DNA of 64,000 nucleotides from Massalongia carnosa (Eukaryota): assembly GCA_965645245.1 (NCBI GenBank), contig OZ287087.1, forward strand, positions 558,001-622,000, given 5' to 3'. This document shows, piece by piece, positions 57,701-64,000 of this stretch (the first letter of the stretch is position 1; every line of letters begins with the position of its first letter). The notes beneath the pieces were generated by a model. That model did not search any database, was not told the origin of the DNA, and saw only the letters and a list, made by a program, of their open reading frames with translations. The translations under genes and the position numbers were made by a program.

Positions 57701-60700
57701 CGTCAACAATTTAGGAAATCTGTACTTCAATCAAGGCAAGATGAAAGAAGCCGAAGAAATGTATCTGCGGGCACTGACAGGCTACGAAAAGGCCTGGGGC
57801 GTCGAGCACACGTCGACGCTCGACACCGTCAACAATTTAGGAAATCTGTACTTCAATCAAGGCAAGATGAAAGAAGCCGAAGAAATGTATCTGCGGGCAC
57901 TGACAGGCTACGAAAAGGCCTGGGGCGTCGAGCACACGTCGACGCTCGACACCGTCAACAATTTAGGAAATCTGTACAAGGATCAAGGCAAGATGGAAAA
58001 AGCCGAAGAAATGTATCTGCGGGCACTGACAGGCTACGAAAAGGCCTTGGGCGTCGAGCACACGTCGACGCTCGGCACAGTCAACAATTTAGGGAATCTG
58101 TACTTCAATCAAGGCAAGATGAAAAAAGCCGAAGAAATGTATCTGCGGGCACTGACAGGCTACGAAAAGGCCTGGGGCGTCGAGCACACGTCGACGCTCG
58201 GCACAGTCAACAATTTAGGAGAACTGTACAGGAATCAAGGCAAGATGGAAAAAGCCGAAGAAATGTATCTGCGGGCACTGACAGGCTACGAAAAGGCCTG
58301 GGGCGTCGAGCACACGTCGACGCTCGGCACAGTCAACAATTTAGGGAATCTGTACTTCAATCAAGGCAAGATGAAAAAAGCCGAAGAAATGTATCTGCGG
58401 GCACTGACAGGCTACGAAAAGGCCTGGGGCGTCGAGCACACGTCGACGCTCGCCACCGTCAACAATTTAGGAAATCTGTACTTCAATCAAGGCAAGATGA
58501 AAGAAGCCGAAGAAATGTATCTGCGGGCACTGACAGGCTGCGAAAAGGCCTGGGGCGTCGAGCACATGTCGACGCTCGGCACAGTCAACAATTTAGGAGA
58601 ACTGTACAGGAATCAAGGCAAGATGAAAAAGCCGAATAAATGTATCTGCGGGCACTGACAGGCTACGAAAAGGCCTTAGGCGTCGAGCACACGTCGACGC
58701 TCGCCACCGTCAACAATTTAGGAAATCTGTACTTCAATCAAGGCAAGATGAAAGAAGCCGAAGAAATGTATCTGCGGGCACTGACAGGCTACGAAAAGGC
58801 CTGGGGCGTCGAGCACACGTCTACGCTCGACACCGTCAACAATTTAGGAAATCTGTACAAGGATCAAGGCAAGATGAAAGAAGTCGAAGAAATGTATCTG
58901 CGGGCACTGACAGGCTACGAAAAGGCCTGGGGCGTCGAGCACACGTCGACGCTCGGCACAGTCAACAATTTAGGAAATCTGTACTTCAATCAAGGCAAGA
59001 TGAAAGAAGCCGAAGAAATGTATCTGCGGGCACTGACAGGCTACGAAAAGGCCTGGGGCGTCGAGCACACGTCGACGCTCGACACCGTCAACAATTTAGG
59101 AAATCTGTACAAGGATCAAGGCAAGATGGAAAAAGCCGAAGAAATGTATCTGCGGGCACTGACAGGCTACGAAAAGGCCTTGGGCGTCGAGCACACGTCG
59201 ACGCTCGGCACAGTCAACAATTTAGGAGAACTGTACAGGAATCAAGGCAAGATGGAAAAAGCCGAAGAAATGTATCTGCGGGCACTGACAGGCTACGAAA
59301 AGGCCTGGGGCGTCGAGCACACGTCGACGCTCGGCACAGTCAACAATTTAGGAGAACTGTACAGGAATCAAGGCAAGATGGAAAAAGCCGAAGAAATGTA
59401 TCTGCGGGCACTGACAGGCTACGAAAAGGCCTGGGGCGTCGAGCACACGTCGACGCTCGACACAGTCAACAATTTAGGAGAACTGTACAGGAATCAAGGC
59501 AAGATGAAAAAAGCCGAAGAAATGTATCTGCGGGCACTGACAGGCTACGAAAAGGCCTTGGGCGTCGAGCACACGTCGACGCTCGGCACCGTCAACAATT
59601 TAGGGAATCTGTACTTCAATCAAGGCAAGATGAAAGAAGCCGAAGAAATGTATCTGCGGGCACTGACAGGCTACGAAAAGGCCTTGGGCGTCGAGCACAC
59701 GTCGACGCTCGCCACCGTCAACAATTTAGGAAATCTGTACTTCAATCAAGGCAAGATGAAAGAAGCCGAAGAAATGTATCTGCGGGCACTGACAGGCTGC
59801 GAAAAGGCCTGGGGCGTCGAGCACATGTCGACGCTCGGCACAGTCAACAATTTAGGAGAACTGTACAGGAATCAAGGCAAGATGAAAAAAGCCGAATAAA
59901 TGTATCTGCGGGCACTGACAGGCTACGAAAAGGCCTGGGGCGTCGAGCACACGTCGACGCTCGGCACAGTCAACAATTTAGGAAATCTGTACTTCAATCA
60001 AGGCAAGATGAAAGAAGCCGAAGAAATGTATCTGCGGGCACTGACAGGCTACGAAAAGGCCTGGGGCGTCGAGCACACGTCTACGCTCGACACCGTCAAC
60101 AATTTAGGAAATCTGTACAAGGATCAAGGCAAGATGAAAGAAGTCGAAGAAATGTATCTGCGGGCACTGACAGGCTACGAAAAGGCCTGGGGCGTCGAGC
60201 ACACGTCGACGCTCGGCACAGTCAACAATTTAGGAAATCTGTACTTCAATCAAGGCAAGATGAAAGAAGCCGAAGAAATGTATCTGCGGGCACTGACAGG
60301 CTACGAAAAGGCCTGGGGCGTCGAGCACACGTCGACGCTCGACACCGTCAACAATTTAGGAAATCTGTACAGGAATCAAGGCAAGATGAAAAAAGCCGAA
60401 GAAATGTATCTGCGGGCACTGACAGGCTACGAAAAGGCCTGGGGACCTGAGCATAAATCGTCGTTAGACACAAGATATAATTTAGGACTCTTATACAAGG
60501 AAAGATCTATGGTTGAGGATGCGACACATCACTTCAAGCTTGTCGTACAAGGTTATACAAGTACACTAGGATCCGAACACTGGGAGACAATTGAGGCCCT
60601 GAATCAACTGAAAAGCTGCGACTCTGAACAGTTAAATAGATTCACTGATGCATCTGACACGAATCATGCCTTAAATTATACCGCAGAAAACGATCGACTA

Positions 60701-60748
60701 ACTCGACTAACTCGACTAACTCGAACTGTGCGACGGAAATTACATTGA
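54725..60748 (+). pseudogene. Fungal NLR: SesB-like alpha/beta hydrolase - NB-ARC - ~25 TPR repeats; array truncated by a frameshift and stops
   Basis: VIAVQGLG, WLRDLLP, IGHSLGG, FLGTPHQGS, DHSGLNKF; P-loop GLGGIGKT, QIFDNVD, ILITSR, GLPLAI; several GT-AG introns; TAA at 58637 and 59897. May still give a protein with ~10 repeats. Confidence 0.9.
57330..60445 (+). repeat. ~25 x 126-bp TPR-coding tandem repeat
   Basis: 25 QGKM units counted across the three ORF pieces; near-identical at DNA level. Confidence 0.97.
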
Positions 60749-63700
60749 CAATACAGAGAAGCTGATCGAGACAACTGCGGTGTTTGGGCGTTTCATTCAA
60801 AACTGGTTTCTTGTCATGAGTATCTATACATCAAAGTGATTCAGCCAGGGTGGAAGTTAATACTGGAACATGAGAAGAGAACTATATAAGGGGGCGTTTT
60901 GGTACTATTTTCCTTATCATCTATCATTGATTCAGGTTTCAACATCAAAAAAACCTTTTATCTATCTGTCCCTACCGATGTACGACCTTTCATCTAATTG
61001 TCATCCAGTCATCATTATCTATTGTTTGCGGAAAACCAACGCTTAGCCTGCCTGCTCCCCTTACCCAAGGCCGACATGCCTCTCGCCCTAGGCCTCTCCA
61101 TGCCTCGCCCTATCTATATCTGTGACTAGGATGTAGCGAACCACACCCCAGCGATAAGCAGTTTCCCCTCTATCTAAGCGAAAAAGTCTCAGATTGAACG
61201 AGTGATCATCAAGCTCCTGCTGGTGCCCCGAAGAATCGACATCCAACAAGATGAGAAGCAAAAAGCAAATATAAAAGTTATCTATCTGTATGTGCTCTGA
61301 CTCTCTACCACACTCCCCCGCCTAGTTACTACCCCACTGTGTCCCTCGCGCCGATCACACACAAGCCCTCCATCAATCTGAGATATTTAACGTCGTTCTG
61401 TCCCCGTCTTGCGCCAAATATATGTAACAGCCCTTCCCGATCTCCTCCAAAACGCAAATCCCCAATCCTTTCCAAACCAAACTGTCACGACCTCCCGTCG
61501 CTTTTCAAAGAGGCGAGAGCTCGGAAACCAACATGTAGCCACGATAGCGGGTTTTCCGGAGGGGGGGGAATGAGGCCCGGTGACGTGACTGTAGAGACGA
61601 CAAGTTAGTTACAGTATGATGGTTATGCAATGTAGTTAGTTAGTTCGGGTAGCTAGGTATAGAGATATGGGTGTCGAGAAGGCTTATCGGAAGGGGGAGG
61701 AAAGTTCTTCTCTATTTACATCAGTTAGTTATTACTCGTATAAAACGAATACATCGTCTATAACTGAAAGTCTGTGCGAATGTTTCACATAATGTTTCAC
61801 CGAATCAGTACATCAATCAAGGAGTGCATAATGATCACGCGGGATGAAGAGAGATTGACACCACCGAAATCACGCATATATTTAAACGCGATCATCTTGT
61901 AAGAGTATTGTTAAAGCTAGGTGCCTGTCTACGTTGCTACACTCCCCCGAAAGATCCCCCGAGATTATGAATTGGGTGAGACGAACCGCGAAAAGTCCAC
62001 GAAGCTACGGTCCTGAGACCCGCTCAATTGCCACAACTGAGTTCCTCGAGAATGATCTGCAATAGGCAACACAAGCGCTTAAAAGGACGACATTCGGCCT
62101 GCAACATACAGCTCTCAAGAGGAGGGTGCTAGTGATCTATCACACTCCACCACGGCTATAGACTTCAGTTGACTCCCAAATGTCTTGTTGATTGTGATAG
62201 CTTTCAGTCAATCATCCACACTCACTTTGTTAGAACCTATGGGTAACGCTCTTGAGCCTTCGAGCGCCAGTGACCTCCAACATCGACACGCTTTTCAGGT
62301 CTGGGTCAACTAGTCCTCAAAGTATCCACCATCTTGGGCACTCAATCTGAAGAAAGCGGTCATAATTATGAGACGCGAAACCCACCTCCGAACGCACAAC
62401 TATAGGTGATAGGGACGCATCGGGGGGGCTTCCGATATAACAGGGAGGCCACCAAGAATGTGCCGGAATAGGCTTTGGCTTGCGCTTTGCGCTCCAAGAG
62501 ATCCCTCTATCAGTGGTTATGACCAGAGTTACCTGGCAGTGATTACTCGGCAGTCGGACTTGGCCATCGATCATCAAGCTTGATCAGCGCCAGGGAGTGA
62601 TCACCATGTTAGTTACCCGGCGGTCGACCGCAAAAATCAAATCAAGAAATTTCCAAAAAAACTCCCCAAAATTAGGTTTAATACCAAATTCTTACCGCTA
62701 CCCGGCGGCGTTCGTCTTTATACCAGCATCTGGGCGCCCTATGGGCGCCCAAACTCCCTAATTGAGCACCCGTCCCTTTCGGGAGGAGGTCCCCCCAGAG
62801 ACTAGCCACGGAGAGGCCATCGTGCCGGGCCCATCATACTCGTAGGCAGGAAGAGTCTTTTACCTACGCCTCCGCGACCAATGAGGCGCGGGTACCTATA
62901 TTGTTATTAGCAAGAGTGAAAAATGGTAATCCGTAGCTGGGTTAGATCACCCAGCCTTCCTAAAAGAGAGTCGTCCCCGAGCGGTCCCATCAGCCTAAAT
63001 GTGCTCCCGAAGAAGCTTACTCAGGCCAATCAGCCCCGGTTCTGACTCCCTCCCGGTGCAAGTCCACTGTTAAAAGCTAGCGTGTATCTCCCCCATCTCC
63101 TCATAGGGTTGGTGGTATTATTATAGCCGGCCTTCACAGGGTCGGGGTCAGTCTCCCGAAACTTTCCGGCACAAGTCCAGGGACACGTTCTCGAGGGTAG
63201 CTGATGCGTCACGTATGCGTTTGTGTATGCGGTGGGGGGCGTTTGGGCGGGGGGGTTGGCTGGGTGGGGAGGGGACTACGGATTGAGAGGAAACGAGCAA
63301 TGGGGGTGAGAGCGAGGGAGAGGCGCAAGGGGGCGGCCGCAAGGGGGCAGCCGCAAGGGGGCGGAGGCGATGAAGTCTCCTAATAAGGTGCTGTTCTATA
63401 GGGTTGACCCCGCTGGGTACAGCTCCCTCTCATTATAATATTTTCTGGCAAACTCGGGGGGGGACCAGGGCCATGCCCCCGCTGGGTGCGGGTTCCCTTA
63501 TAAAAGGTCATTTTCGACGGAGTCGGGAGGCGCAACGGGTCGGAATGGAGGACGAGGAAGTCTCCCGATGCGAGAGCCGTTCCAAGAGGTTACCCTCGCT
63601 AGGTACGGCCCCCCCGCGCCCCCTAAATGGAATGGAGTATTGAGGAATCGGCTTCGGGAGCTCCCGGTGAAGAGAGGTTCGGATGACCCCGAGGGGGCGG

Positions 63701-64000
63701 GGGCGAGGGCGGGGGCGATGATGTCCCGGGGGGGTGAATCCAGGCGGTCCTAGACTCTCGAGCTCCCTCCCCTCCGAGCGCCTGCGGACGCGTTCGCGCG
63801 GTGGGGATAGAGAGCACTCTCGCCCTAAAAACACTTAGCCGGATGGGGCTGAAGCTCAGTAAATCTGTTGAGAATTGAGCCGAGATGTCTGCTTATTAAT
63901 AAGAGCACTAACCGAATGCGGATCAAGCACTAAGGGTTATTTCGGCCGTGGCAACACATCACTAATCATTCGAGATGTCATCTATCTGCCAGCTAAGGGA

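Noticed and set aside
60900..64000. Several TG...CA segments and a GC-rich Pro/Ser-rich ORF region suggesting solo LTRs or a decayed retroelement
   Set aside because: No paired LTRs, matching TSDs or diagnostic protein motifs could be established by eye.
1..64000. Starship-type giant element
   Set aside because: No tyrosine recombinase (captain) gene or typical boundary is visible in this window; an enclosing element beyond the window cannot be excluded.

Overview
Eukaryotic DNA from a filamentous ascomycete (short GT-AG introns with CTRAY branch points, fungal TE families). The window is a transposon-dense, immune-receptor-like locus with no recognisable housekeeping genes. 1-35.2 kb is a direct tandem duplication of a unit made of (i) a ~4.9-kb TIR DNA transposon (TAC...GTA ends, 37-bp perfect TIR) carrying three co-oriented genes: a Clr5-like/integrase-type DDE transposase, an unknown protein and a DUF3716-like Cys protein, and (ii) an intact 4-exon gene fusing a Ser/Thr kinase to seven near-identical WD40 repeats whose variation is confined to a few codons, as in HNWD (het-d/het-e) allorecognition receptors but with no NACHT/NB-ARC domain. 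The duplication breakpoint falls exactly at the transposon end. After duplication, copy A was hit by a Copia, a Gypsy and a MULE, and copy B by a Tad1-like LINE; each copy supplies the other's empty site. The right half holds a decayed NB-ARC-TPR-ankyrin NLR, a nest of TEs (Copia > pogo > two solo LTRs; piggyBac > Fot1/pogo) and an alpha/beta-hydrolase-NB-ARC-TPR NLR with about 25 near-identical TPR units carrying duplicated nonsense codons. The best candidates for new biology are the kinase-hypervariable-WD40 genes and the three-gene transposon that appears to have duplicated them. All family assignments come from motif recognition by eye; no database searches were run.
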